Positions 25,337 through 38,670 of a stretch of 64,000 nucleotides of DNA are shown one piece after another. The translations under genes and the position numbers were made by a program. The notes under the pieces are model-generated. The model made no database searches and was not told where the DNA came from. It worked only from the letters and a program-made list of their open reading frames with translations. Source of the DNA: Podarcis bocagei (lineage: Eukaryota); assembly GCA_964188305.1 (NCBI GenBank), contig OZ076893.1; one strand, 5' to 3'. The number at the start of each line of letters is the position of its first letter. The stretch's first letter is position 1.

Positions 25337-28300
25337 CTCTAGAGGGCAGAGAAGCCTCCCAAGCAACCACCTTGTTGATATACTTTCCTAGAAGGGTAGC
25401 TTTAGAGCTTCCACTATTCTTTTTGCCTGAGATTGCCCTGCTCCTCTCATCCCATCCACCTTAAGTACTTGCAACTTAGCAAGGGCTGCCTCCACTATCA
25501 TGCCAGACCCATGATTAGCAAGAGGCTTTCCAAGCCCAACCACAGCAGGGTGATTCAGAATAGGACATAGCACCTTTAACCTCAAACAGGTAGATGGATC
25601 AGATATCCATCTGGCTGCAAGGCCAGCTGAAGCACTCTGCTTGCTGCTAGGTCTTGCCTTCTTTCCAGCTTGCTTGACAGTGTGAAAAAGAATTCACAGT
25701 GAGCTGTCTGTGGTCCTGACCACCTGAAACTCATTCTGGACTCTTGCCATGCTTAGCCTTGACACCCCTATGGGCTGCAGTCTGGAACAGAACACCAACT
25801 GCACCTCCTGTCATGTTTGCAGAATTCCAGCCCTTTCCCCAATCTCATTCCCTACTTGCATTAGCCAAGCCTACTCTCCACACTCCCAAAAGAATGTCAA
25901 TTACCAGCAAGGATTGCAGGGTGGGGTGGGGTTCAAAAAAAAGGAAAATATGGTTGTGCTGCCCTGACATTTTCCTTTCAGGGAAATATCTATGTTATTG
26001 ATTTTGTGCATGTATGCTTTGTGATACTGCACAATGATGGGAAGAGAACACAACAAAGAGAAATAAATATTATTTCCCTAGGCATTCATGTATACAGTTC
26101 CTTGCCCAGCCCCCAAGAAGAAAAGTGAGTGCTTTGCCTCTCCATAACAGCAAGAGGCAACTCCCATTAACACACTCGTGTGATTATGGATGTTAAGTTC
26201 TCCACACCACTAATGTGTGTACTTAGCAGCATTTATTTTAAGCAGATAGATTAGGATAATAGGTTAAAAGCGAGAGCTTTGGGAGGATAAACAGGATGTT
26301 TTAAATTATACAGCTATTTTTTCTCAACATTAGTTACAAGGTAGGTTTTTTTATTTATCCAGACTTACTATGCACACTGGTACTATCTCAGTGCAACTTT
26401 GCTTTTATTTTAATCTATATCCTTGAGATACAGAATGACTCAATGATTGACAGGCGAGTATCAAGACCTTGCTGAGGTTAAACACTGCTTAACTGACATT
26501 GGAAAGAACACAGGTAATTCTCCTCTCAAGAGTGCCACTTCATTTACCTACTGAAGTCCTTTATAAATTTTGTACTGTGGCTTTTAATCAGAAGCCTGCA
26601 GTGGACAAGGAGTTCGCCTTCATTATTTCTTGCCTTAGCTAATACACTGGGGGGGGGGGGGAGGAGAGAGAAATAACCTGAAGAAATATTTTGCCATTGG
26701 AAAGTAATTAACTTTATTCCTTTTTCCAACTGGAGTCAGATTGATTATTCATATTCATGAAATGATTTAACGTGTACACAAATAAATTAAGCACAAATTG
26801 AATGTTTAGACACATTCCTGTATCTCTTTCTGACTGGTAGTGTTTGTAAATTGCTCCACAATCTGACCTAAAATTCTTTGTGTTTGGAATCCATGTCCCC
26901 AACATTCTTCAGTGTAAGGGCTACCAGAAGACTCTGGTGCATCTATTCCCAAGTTCCATTCTGAGAAACAGTATATTTAAAATACCAGTGAAGCATTACT
27001 TCCTCTTTTGGTGAAGATACAGAAACGAGCATTTGGTTCTTAAAACAAATAGTGGCACCTGCCATATGGAACACTCTACCCATGGAAATAAGGAATGTTA
27101 CTGGGAAGGGTAACTACTTTTGAGCCTGCCATTAGCATTGTTTATGCTACCATTCTATGGTTTCTACAATCACGATCTGGGCTGCAAAAACATGTTCATT
27201 AATTTTTTTCTCTGCAATCCGAAGGAAAAGTGAGTCCCATTTAGTTTCTAATGAGAGAGCATAGGACTGCAACCAAAATTTTGTAGCAGGTGCACCTCGT
27301 TTGCCATTTTAGGTCAAATTCTTGTTTTTGTTGCTTTGGACCAACAACAAAACATCTGGTCACTGATTTCCAATGGCATTGATTATTGTATTATCTTCTT
27401 GCATGACAAGTGAGGAACTACTGAAATGTTGGTTACATGGCTGTCTAAAAGACTGGGAATATTTTGTAAACAATGCCAATTATTTGTTGGCAACTGAAAA
27501 CTCATTAGCAAGAATCACTCTTACTCAAGGACACTAGCACAGAAAAGATGCGTGGTGATGGGCAGGTGTCAATAAGAAAGGAAAAATTCATGTTAAGCTT
27601 TTCATTAGGCTTTACCTATAGAGAGCATCAGGTGCTAATACAGGAACAGAAAGTACAAAAACGTCACCTCTGATATACTAAGGTTCACCAAAGGTAAAAG
27701 TAACAGATCTTCAGGGAGGTTGTGAAAATGCAAACTCAAATGCACCTGTATCCTTTTCACCATAGACCTCTACAGATGAATGATGTTCATTGCTTCAGAA
27801 TTCTCTGAAACTATTGCATGGAGTTCTGCTATATAGACATAAAGATCATTGTAGGAGGTATACTCATAAACCGACTCTGTTGGATTTTATGCTTTCTGCT
27901 TATACTACTCACCTAACTTGGCAGCAGTTATAAAGCCTCACTCATATGAATAATGTTGCTTTGTGTATGCTAACAATCCTGGCAGTTTCCTCTTCAATAA
28001 AGCGCTCCAGATGTTAGTCTCAGTAATTACGTTTGACATCTCTCAGCTTTAGTAATGAAATACTGCTGCTACAAATGTCTTGTTTATATTTCTGTGGATC
28101 ATCTGCAAACATGAGCGTTGCAGCATTGAGACAGATACATCGATGGGCACTGAATAGAAATATGCTAAAATGAAAATACAGCAATGGCATAATTTGCATA
28201 AATAAGATAAATATGGAAATGAAATATTCTTTGAGGAAAAATATTACAGTGATATTGTGTATTTGTTCTCTTGCATTTGATGAGCCCAAAACCCCCACAC

Positions 28301-28481
28301 ACTACTGCCTACTGGTTTCCTAAAAGGGAAAAAATATTTAAAGGTGGCCAGGTCTCTAATGCATAAATGATATTTACTAATGATTTTAAGTCTACATGAA
28401 CAAGAAACAAACATTTGCTTTGAATATAAAATATCCAATTATATTTGTTTAATTTTACACCATCAAGGCAAGAATAGCAAT

Positions 28482-28483
<2 letters not shown>

Positions 28484-28517
<34 letters not shown>
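28484..28517. repeat. (CT)n microsatellite, about 17 units
   Basis: Direct reading. Confidence 0.98.
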
Positions 28518-28522
<5 letters not shown>

Positions 28523-29658
28523 AGAAGAAGCTGTGTCTGTTATGGCTAATGTCATAACCTCAGTGATTAGTTTACCATTAATTCTTAACTTTTTGAATAC
28601 TAACAATTAATATCATAAATTCTGACATTTACTAGAAAATGTCAGTGGCCAACCAACCGCCTTTGGCTAATGGTCATATTTCATCCCCATTTCCATCATT
28701 TAAGAGTCAAGCACAACGTTTGTCATGGCAGGAAGATAAATATCAAAAATGAAAAAGAAGCATTGTAAATGCATCAGTTATGATATCTGTAGTGACTCTT
28801 AAAGCTAGGTGTCTAATTAATTATCCAAGTTCATTCTCAATTCCATAAATTATCAGTAAAGGATAATATTTTATAAAGCACTCTGGTAAATTTCCAAAAC
28901 AAGAATTTTGATATGCTTATTTCTGTCATTTACTGGTACATCTCAAGAACCGTAAATCCTTAAAAACAGAACCCAATTTTGTTTTCACTTTCTTTCTAAT
29001 ATCTGAAAAAAGCTGACTATAATAATGTGCAATAAAACAAAACATACTAAAGAATCACAAGTTTCTTAAGTTTCTAGAGCAATATCAGAATTTAGCACCT
29101 GTCAACTGAATGCTTGCCTAGGTAACATTTATGGAACACCAGCAAGGTTAGGGTGTGACAAGTGTTAGACGTACCATGAATTACAGGCTACTGCTAAAAA
29201 CCGCTGTACTCCATGATCTTACCTTGCCAATGGATCACAAATAAGGTCTCTCCCTCAGATATAAACAAGGTCAGATCACAAGCAAGGTATACAAAACAAT
29301 TCTCCTGTTGTGGTGCTTCTAAAATTACTGCAGAAATATAACTGAATTTATATTCTTGCAATCCAAGAACACAGTTTCTTCCGCCCCTGGATAAATGTTG
29401 GCTGGAAGAAAATATTTTCTCTCCTTCTGGAAAGATGCAGGAATGAGTGCATGTCAGGAACAGCTGTGCCTTGAACTGATTATCTCTAAGTCTCTGCATT
29501 GGTACAATTTGTGGTGGGCCAAATAAAGTTAAGGGAGGGAAGAAAAGGCAGTAATGTCCACCCACTTCCTTACATGCATCTACTCACTGGACAGCCCATT
29601 GGTTCTCTTCACCTGACCTGACCAAAAGTCATTCCAGATGAGCATTTTCCTTAGCCAG

Positions 29659-29791
29659 CAGCATTCCCAAACCTGGGATCCACAGATGGTGTGGGACACT
29701 AACCCCCAATACGCTCACAGCCATCAGGGTCCATGATAAGGAATGGTGGAAGTTGTAGTCCAACATCTGGTGACCCAGATTGGAGAAGACT
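29659..29791. mobile_element. Older, diverged copy of the hAT palindromic MITE class
   Basis: Retains cagatggtgtgggac...ggaagttgtagtccaacatctgg, homologous to the 25201 element; similar length. Confidence 0.6.
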
Positions 29792-32700
29792 AGTCTAGGT
29801 ATAGTTGACCTTCTGACTTGCTTATGTGGGTTCCTTGTCATGTTCCAGTGATGCTTGCTAGGCTACTTGGTATCTCCCTGCCTATCTGCACCTTTCTCAG
29901 TATGATACCTTTCCTTCCAGGCAGCCACCCATCAACCTGGTCACTCACTGTAGCCACCCCCATGTCACTTTGGGTAGATTTTTTAGTATATCCCTTTACC
30001 TGCATTTGATTTTGCTTTGGGATTAACTATATTACGACTGTGTCCCAGTGTTTCACTCAACTCTGGTGCTAATCCTGCCAGAACCCATACTTCTTTGAAT
30101 TCTCAATGTCTGTAGCTACTTTAGCATGTCCCTCCGTAGAAACATAAAAGACAAGCCGGGGGGGGGGGGAGGATCAAGAACGTTTTGAAAAGGGGTTATC
30201 AGGTTTAATTTAAAGTACTTCATAATTTTAGAATTTCATTTAGCTTGGAATGCAAGCTTTCTATGCATAATCCATAACAGGAAGTATCACACATTCAGTT
30301 GTTTGTGATTAAAAAATAATAATTTGTCCTTTTTCATTTTTAAGATAGAACAGGTAACTTTGGTATGAGTGATGTTGCTATACATAACAGTAAGTCCATA
30401 AACACATAATAAAACAACGCTGAGGTTGGTACATGGTTCCAGAGAACTCATTTTGAGGTGCATCTAGTGGTTTCGTCTCTGTGGACTGTGAAGAGGAAAC
30501 GATCACTGGCATAATCTAAATCTGTCTAAGCGTCTGCATCCAAACTATGTCAGCTGCACTGGTCTCAAAGAGACCTTTGTGCTTGGGCTTAGGATAAAGG
30601 AACATCATTGTGCTGTTCACACTGACATGCCCTACTCCTAATGTGACATCTCATGGAAAGAGTAAGAAAAAAAATAGCTCATCTAGTTTCTGTGATAAGA
30701 GAATCCTTGGAACAATCTTTTTCTGCTCTTTTAAAGCCAGAATTTCCCCTTGATTTGCTGTACTTCAGCAACAAAAAACCAGGCCTGGATTCCAAAAGTC
30801 ACTAGCTGAAGTAAAGAAAGTTTTTACTTACCACAGCAGAGAGGTATTTGATTTCTGCCAGTTGCATGCCCTCCTCGCAATTTTAAACCTCTGTGCTGAA
30901 CTGCATGCTATTTAGGAGTACCCCTCCATTTCAAGGATGGCTTTTCAGCAAGTGCAATGAGATGCCGTGGGAAGGAGAAGGGGACCCCCCACACACACAC
31001 ACCCAGAATGAACAGAACCCAGATCTTTATACCTATTTATCCCAATCAGTTATTAATGTTCATGCAGACCAGACCATTTACATACATCTATTCAGGCCTA
31101 GATACTGGGTCTGTCATCGTTCTTTCCACATTTGCAACACACACCTACGGAATAAACTTCTGAAAACATGACAGATTGCCCCAATCAACAAATTTTGCTA
31201 ACTTTATTATGCTCTGATTCTGTGCTGTTCCTCTGGATTCCCATCCCACACAATACTGTAAGTAATGCTGAGTAATAGTCATGCTTTTTTGTGCAGGGGA
31301 GGAAGTTGATTTAGAAGGAGGCGTTAGGTAAAAATTTCATAAATTACCACCATCTGCATGCATGTTCATAATGCCTTTCAGCCTAAAGTTCAGAGCTATA
31401 AAATTGAATTTAAGCTAGATTAATGCATTAATGCCACTCTGCTTTTGTTGGGTAAAGGGGAGGGACACGCTTCTGCTCAGCTACGCCCAAATCCTTAATT
31501 TCCCCATTATATTTATTGGCAGCTCTTACGTCCATTCTGGGGTGACCAATATTGCATTCTATGTGAAGTCAGAAGTTCTGCTCTGAAGACAATTAGGCAA
31601 GTTACTGTAGGATTCTCTTATTTCTATGGCCTCAATATTTCTACAGGGTCCTGGAAGTTCTAAAACCCAGATTGTAGGGTTGGGGTGGTGAATGTAGTCT
31701 TCTTTCATCTTACAAATTTATATACAGGAAACTTCCCATTTTCCAGAATTGCGGTTTTGGGTCATTGTACACAACAGCGGAGTGCATGTAAGCCCCAGAA
31801 AACTTCTGTTTTCTGGGACAGAAAACAGGAGTTGTGTCAGCAGTTACGCACCAATCAAATGCATGCAAACGGTCACCAGCTGTACTTCTGCATACCCGGG
31901 GGGGGGGTCTAGAGAATATATAAAACTTCATGATATTATTGTGTGAGAGGTTATATTTTTCTCTGAGACCATTTATATTTTTCTGCTGAAATCCAAAATA
32001 TAGCCAAAAACTAATTTCCTGCTTGTATGTGGGCAGCATTTAATAATTAGCCGATTACAAAATAACATCCTTCTATATAGCTCATACAAATAAATTAGGG
32101 CCTCATACAAGTTTAAAGAGAACTTCACATGACTATGCCTTATTCCTGTCAGGGGTTTTGCCGTATAAATATTTGATTATGCTTGACCATATACTAACTG
32201 CTATATCTTTAGTATGGAAAAAAGGTCTTAAAGGTTTTAAAAGGTGGGGGCAGGGGGGGAATTGTTTTTGTACAAGTTGTATTCTCTAGCATCCTTCACA
32301 TTTTATAGCAAAATTACACATAAAGGAGGAGATTCTACTTGGGATGCTTAATTACAAAGCTAAGCTAGAAGTATCCAGACAATAATAACTATTTTTTACT
32401 GCTTAGTTCCTGAGATAAGAGGATTTTGCCATTAAACTGTTCCCTGGTGTAATGCTTACTCCAGCTCTTGTATATTGACTGAGATTGAAAATGTATGCTA
32501 TAAATCACTTATTCTGTAGTTCTAATAAACTGTTCCACTTATCCACCTCCATTATAGTGGATCAATCATTAGAAGAGATCAAGATGTGTTGATTAAAGTA
32601 TGCAATTTTGTGGCTTTAGAAATAAATTCCTAATAAGGCCATTTTAAGTGTGCACTGATACGAGAAGCATTTTTCATCAGAGCGAACTGAATATATTTTA

Positions 32701-33759
32701 CATTACTGATATTACAATACTATTAACTTTATTAATTCCACTGAGAAGACAGGCAGTAGCTATTATGTAGACATTTTTGCTAGGTTAAACATGACATTTA
32801 CATTAAGGGTCAAGTTCTTGTACTGCTAGATACGATTGATTGAATGTACATACAAATTACTATTACTGTGTCATTATAAAGGGATCAGAATGGATGATCC
32901 AAGTGCCTTTTCTTGCTTTGTGTCTAGGCTATTATATTGGCAACTGTATTGCTTTAATATTTTAGAGTATTTACATAAGCGTTTTATTGTACTTCAGAGC
33001 TTCATGCACATATTCAGAATTAAAATTTGATTTTACAGAGTGCTTTTAAAACTTATTGCATTCCCAAATGCTTTGCTAGCTATTTATAACAATAATACTA
33101 CTATGCTAACACAAATAAGCAGCTTTAGCAAGACTAGTGCTCACATACTACCTGGATTAACTAACACCAAGAGACAAGAAGCAAAGTATTTCTAGGAAGA
33201 ATTGTAGTCTCCGGTTATTTTCAAAAATAATCTTTAGTCTCCAATGCAATAAGTGCACCAAAGACACTGCAGTGGAATTTCACAAGAATCATGTAAAGAA
33301 GAGGGTAGTGTATGGTCTTTTGCTCTGGAAAAAAAACTATGTGCCTATTTGCATATTAATGTTAGTGAGTAATATCATACAGTGTGATTTGGGTTCTGCT
33401 AGCAGTGTTCATACAAACCATTATTTTGAGCCATTTCCAACAGTAGTGCGAAAATTCGCCAATCTATGAAGTGAGCTGCTGCATATCACCAGCTGACCAC
33501 ACAGTAATAGCTCTCTTCAGTGTCAACTGAAGGAGACAGACAGATTTGGAATCATCAAATCTGGAGAGGGGAGAGGACAACAAACCTATGCCAGCCAATA
33601 GTGACCAAAAGTTTAGGGCAGTGTTTTCAATGCTAAGGTACGAGGATTACCAGCATAACATATCCTCCTCACTGTATTTCTTTCCCTCCACCTCTTCCTG
33701 TTGCCTGCACAAATGGGCCATAACAATTCTTGGGCCACAGCTGTTGGCTTTGTTTAAAC

Positions 33760-34075
33760 CAGGGCTAGGAAAGCTCACCTTTTGTCTGAGGGCCACATTT
33801 ACCATTAGCCAACCATCCAGGGGCTGCATACCAATGGTCAGTGCAGTCATAATTGTGTATCAAACCACTCCTCACTTCATCTGCACATACATACATGTAT
33901 GCACACCACACACACTGGGGCAATGCTGATTGCTCTCTACCCTGCCCTGCCCCATGATACTGTCCCCACTTAACTCTTAATGCTTTTCTCACCCAGTGGC
34001 AACAGCCTTAAAACAGGGGTTGGCAGGTCACTAGAGCAGGTTTAACAGGCCAGATATAGTCTAGCATTCTACCCA
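33760..34075. mobile_element. Decayed hAT-like DNA transposon remnant
   Basis: cagggctaggaaag...tctgagggccacatt start typical of Charlie-type non-autonomous elements; right end uncertain. Confidence 0.3.
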
Positions 34076-36849
34076 CAAGATCTTACTGGTGCCTAGTAAT
34101 ATATTGCCACCAAAGTGAGTTTTCTAAATGTTCACGGTCAATAGCAGACAGTGTGATGAGTTGGCTCACTTGTGCTCCTGACAGCTATCTCTGTTGCTTA
34201 TCAGAAAGGGGAGAGAAAACCAGCCCGGTGCAAATGCACCAGTAGGAGCACCAGATTGGCTCCACTGATGTGTTTGCACAGTGCTGACCTCCCTGCCACC
34301 TTGCACTTCTCTATCACAGTAAGCAGCAACGACTCGGCTGTCAACTTTTTTACAGGGTCTGTAGAAACTCCTAGAGTTAAAAGCAGCTTCATAAATTCCT
34401 AGATACATAACTGAAACAATGTGAAAGGATTCTGTAATTTAGTATCCAGCAGCTAATAAACAAATTTAGTCAGGGCAAATGAACAATAGTGCAGTGTGTG
34501 TGTGTGTGCACGCACACGTTCTTCCAAGCAATTCATGAACATCTTTATTGCTAACAGATGCAAATGCCATTCTACATTACCACTTCAATCAAGCTGAAAT
34601 AAAATTATTCTAGGCAGAACCTCATCACTGCTTTTAAAAGCAATTAAGATAGCATCAAATTCTTCCATGATTTATAATTTCTATTTTATGGCACATTTAC
34701 AGCCACCAAATCCATTATTAGAAGCAAAGGCAAGTTTAATAGTAAATTAAGTAAGTATCCGAACTAATGTTCTTAGAAATTTAGCAATGTGTTTTTAATA
34801 GCTGGGCACAAAAGACTATAAAACTGGTATCATATTTTGATTATATTATCTCTGTAATATCTGCAGCAAAGTTTTGCTTCTTTTCTGTGAAACAGACATT
34901 GAAAACAAATGTCTTACAATTATCCTATATTTATTTTAAACTGCATTATGCCTTTCAGAGAGGGAAACTTTATATTACTCCCAATGAAACTGTTAACAGA
35001 TTGATTTCAGAATTTGTCATGGTAGCCTCAGTTCTGGTCATATTTGCCAAAACTATGGTTCTGTCTAGGTGCAAACAATACAAAGGATTCTTCATTATCT
35101 GTTTTGTGAATACTGTATTTTTCTTCATCAGGATCCTATTGCAATTGTATTGAATCTCCCAGTGGCTTTTCAAGAAGTCATTAACTTCAGACCCTTCTTT
35201 ATCTTCAATCTGAAGTTAATTCCCTGGGCAGCATGCTGCTTGCTGGGTCGAGGGATTAAATATAAGGGTTTATGAAGAAAAGCAGCTTTGGATACAATGC
35301 TATTACACCATGATAACTTACCAATACACCAGCAGTTCTAAAAATATGTGTTAGAAGCATGCTGTTCATTTAAAAATAAATACTATCATGTTTCATGATA
35401 ATAGAAAAATGATTATTTTATATATACTGAGAAATGGTCATGCTGTTTTTCAAGACACTCATATCAGGCCTCTCTTAGTCCAGGCACCAAGGTCAAGCAA
35501 GCTTTAAATGTTAGTATTTTTTTTTTAAGTCCCTGATTGTACAAAAACTAAGGCTTCCTTATTACTGAAATTGTTTATTTCAGTCCAGCTGAGAAGCAGA
35601 AAAAAGAGTTATGAAGTCATCCCATTAGCTCAAGGACTTCTGCTTGTGTAACAGGAGTTCCTCTCTGTCTTCTACCAACAGATTTAGGGGCACTGGGAGA
35701 GGAGTTGAAATCCCATTGCACATGCAGAAATCATTGCATTAACGGACTGGCTTTGTTGGGTACAACAAAGCAATATGAAAAACCTGTCTATTTATTTCTG
35801 CTTTTGCTTTCTCACAATCCTCAGACATTCACAGAAAGCGAACCTCAGATATTCCTGCACAAGAACAAAGAAAGCTTACGTTATACCAAGTCAGACTACT
35901 GGTTCATCTAGTATGGTCCATGATTACTAGTCACAGCTCTAACTTTTCAGACTTTGCTAGTGTTCTTTGTCCTCCGCACACATATACAGCAGTTTTGCAG
36001 AATGAGGAATACTGTATCAGTCAGCTTTTTTTACACATATGTAAATGCAATACATATTGCCTGTTGCATTCCAACTTCCTTTCCATTTTTGTGCTTTGCT
36101 TTGATGTACAAGCAAATGTGCATCGGCGTAGACCAGTCTAGAAAAGTTCTTCTCCAAAGAACCCGTTTTGCTTATTGCATATCAGGTTTTACCAACATAT
36201 ACTCAATCCAGCTCCAGCTGCACTGGTTGAGGACTGGAATGCAATCCCATCATTCCAACACACTACAGTACTTATCTGCATTCAGTTTCCATTTCCACCC
36301 CCCCCTGCCATCTAGCTTATGTAAGGCTTCATAAACGTAGCTGCTTCTCTCCCCCCCCCCATCCCCATTAGAAAGTAAATTGGGAAGAGTTAAACATAAG
36401 CAAGTTTTACTATAATTTTATACACCGAGGGGAAATATTTTCCTTTGAAATTAAACCTGGTGGGTTACTGTACTGCAATGGATTACTGTACTGCTCAGAA
36501 GAGATCCTCACCAGCCCAGCCCAGCTCTGCTGCCACTCCTCCACCCTCCCTGCTACAGCCCCAGGTGGCATTTTAGCAGTCAGAGGTGAGCTCCCAATAA
36601 GAGCGGACACCCATCATCTTAATTTACCCAAAAGAGAATGATAAAATGTGCAAGTTAAAGTGAGGAACATGTCCTAGTCACGGTAGATGTCTTTTGTTTT
36701 ACAAAACATGCATCTATTCCTTTTGTAGGTTAGCATTCTGCCCTAAGCATAGGACTAAAGAAAACATATCTGTGGGTATTTTGAAAGGGACTGTGAATCT
36801 GGGCAGTTCAGATCCTGCCATTGTGATCCAATGAATCATACAATTGTTG

Positions 36850-37082
36850 GAATCACAGAAGAGTTGGAAGGGAGCCAGAGAGTCATCTAGTCCACCCCCC
36901 TGCAATGCAGGAATCCCAACTAGATCATACATGACAGATGGCCATCCAACCTCTGCTTAAAAACTTCCAAGGAAGGAGAGTACCTCACTACTCATGGGCG
37001 TCTGTCAAATAGCCCTTATTTCCAGAAAGTTTTCCCTGATGTTTAGTTGGAATCTCCTTTTTTTGTAATTTGAACTCATTGG
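36850..37082 (-). mobile_element. CR1 LINE 3' end fragment
   Basis: Clearly homologous to 4260-4710 (gagttggaaggga...tcatctagtcca...catccaacctctgcttaaaaac...ccaaggaag...tttagttggaatctcc). Confidence 0.88.
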
Positions 37083-38157
37083 CCAAATAAGGAGTCAGAA
37101 ACAGTAAGTTGGGTTAAGTAAGGGCCACTTTATGAATCTTAAATACAACAAACCATATGATTACCTGCAGAGGAAAATTCCTATAGGTGCAGGAGAAAAC
37201 TGAACCTCAGGTCAAGCCTGCAGCTAATAGGGAAGACCACCCTGCCTGCGGAAATTGGGGGGGGGTATGACAGAAGTACCTACCCCTTATCCCAGGCCTC
37301 CCCCTGAAGGAGAGCAAGCAGGGTTTCCCCACTCCCCAGGGTCCTAAAGTTCCAGGCAGGTGAAGCTAGTCAGTTTCAGAGGTGGTCCTTATCCGGCTCC
37401 TGGGCCTGTAGGCCAAAAGACCAGCCTTTGGTCCCACCCCTTAGCATGAAAGGTGTCTAAGCATGTTCCCATCCCACACCTAACTGCCACAGAAGGTGAC
37501 AAATCTCTATTTAGCCAACCATTCCCCCCCCCCTTAGATTGGGAGCAGTCTCCTCCCCCAACTCATCACATGCAGGGGGCACACATAAGGCATACACTTG
37601 AAGCAAGGGCTGGCTGCCCATTGGATACAAAGATGGCAAAGGCATCCTGCTGTCAACATCTGGCTACTGAATGGTATTAAGACAGCATCTCCATACTACC
37701 ACACACTGAATCATCCTACTATGAAGAAAACAATAATGGACAGGGTGCTGCCCTGGCACATTACGGGCCACGTCACACAAGAAAAATGTTGTCATCAACC
37801 GCATTCTAATTTCTGCAAGTGAACTCTTGTTTCTGCATCCTTTTACTCACTGTTTCCTGAATCAGAAAAGAAACCATAGTGTGATTCTAATATTGCTGTT
37901 GTTATTACTGGATTATACTTAGGTGGCTTAATAAAAACATTTTAAGTGCACCTGTCAAAGGGATAAGGAATAATCCTTTCATTGTTTTATGGAAGACACT
38001 TCCCAATCCACTAGAAAGTGTGCAAATCCACACATCATGAGTGCTGGATTTTGAAGTAGATATCAGATTTCAAGAGGAAATGTATTAAAATCTCAAATGT
38101 ACAGTCATATCCTGACTTCACATGTGAAGAGCTTTTATGTACATGGTTTGAGTTTAT

Positions 38158-38670
38158 GCAGGTTGTGGAAAAAGTGGGCAGGGATAAGGTTTTTTCCCAT
38201 CCAACACTAGAACCCAGCACATTCCGATTAAGATGAATGTTGGAAGATTCAGAGCAGACAAAAGGAAGAACTTCCCACAGTGTAGAGTTGGAATTCACTT
38301 CAACTAGATACAGTGATGGTTACTAACTTGGATAGCTTTAAATTAGGATCAGAAAAACTAACAGAGTCTACAGCTTTCTCTGGCTACTAGCCATGATTGC
38401 TATTGCCTTACCTCAACTGTTGGGAGACAAGAAGTCTCCAAATATCAAGTACTAAGTATCACAACTGGTGAGAGTACCGTTACACATGGGCATGTACATA
38501 GCTGGGGGGGCCAGATGCCCCCCTAAATCAATCAAAATCAATACAAATCTGAAGTTTTGTATGAACAAAAATCCTGGCTACGCCCATGCGCAAGGACCTT
38601 GCTTGGGAGCATCTCACAGGCATCTGTAGACCACAGGATGCTCAACTAGATGGGCTTTTCTTATGTTCTT
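38158..38670 (+). mobile_element. CR1 LINE 3' fragment (different subfamily), with a possible ~100 bp insert at 38485-38588
   Basis: ORF2 tail motif (KMNVGRFRADKRK) at ~38230-38268, tggaattcact...gtgatgg, and a ttcttatgttctt terminal repeat. The insert has only short catgggc/gcccatg termini. Confidence 0.75.

Noticed and set aside
27913-28169. Minus-strand exon-like segment with a gtgagt donor
   Set aside because: Stops in all three frames; could only be non-coding or a poison exon, and there is no support for either.
30832-30867. ATG-initiated minus-strand mini-exon MQLAEIKYLSAV ending at a gtaagt donor
   Set aside because: No promoter or CpG-island evidence, the peptide is not recognised, and it is too short to distinguish from chance.
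37085-37777. Possible minus-strand solo LTR (GC-rich, TGTGAC start on the minus strand)
   Set aside because: The other terminus and a TSD could not be identified.
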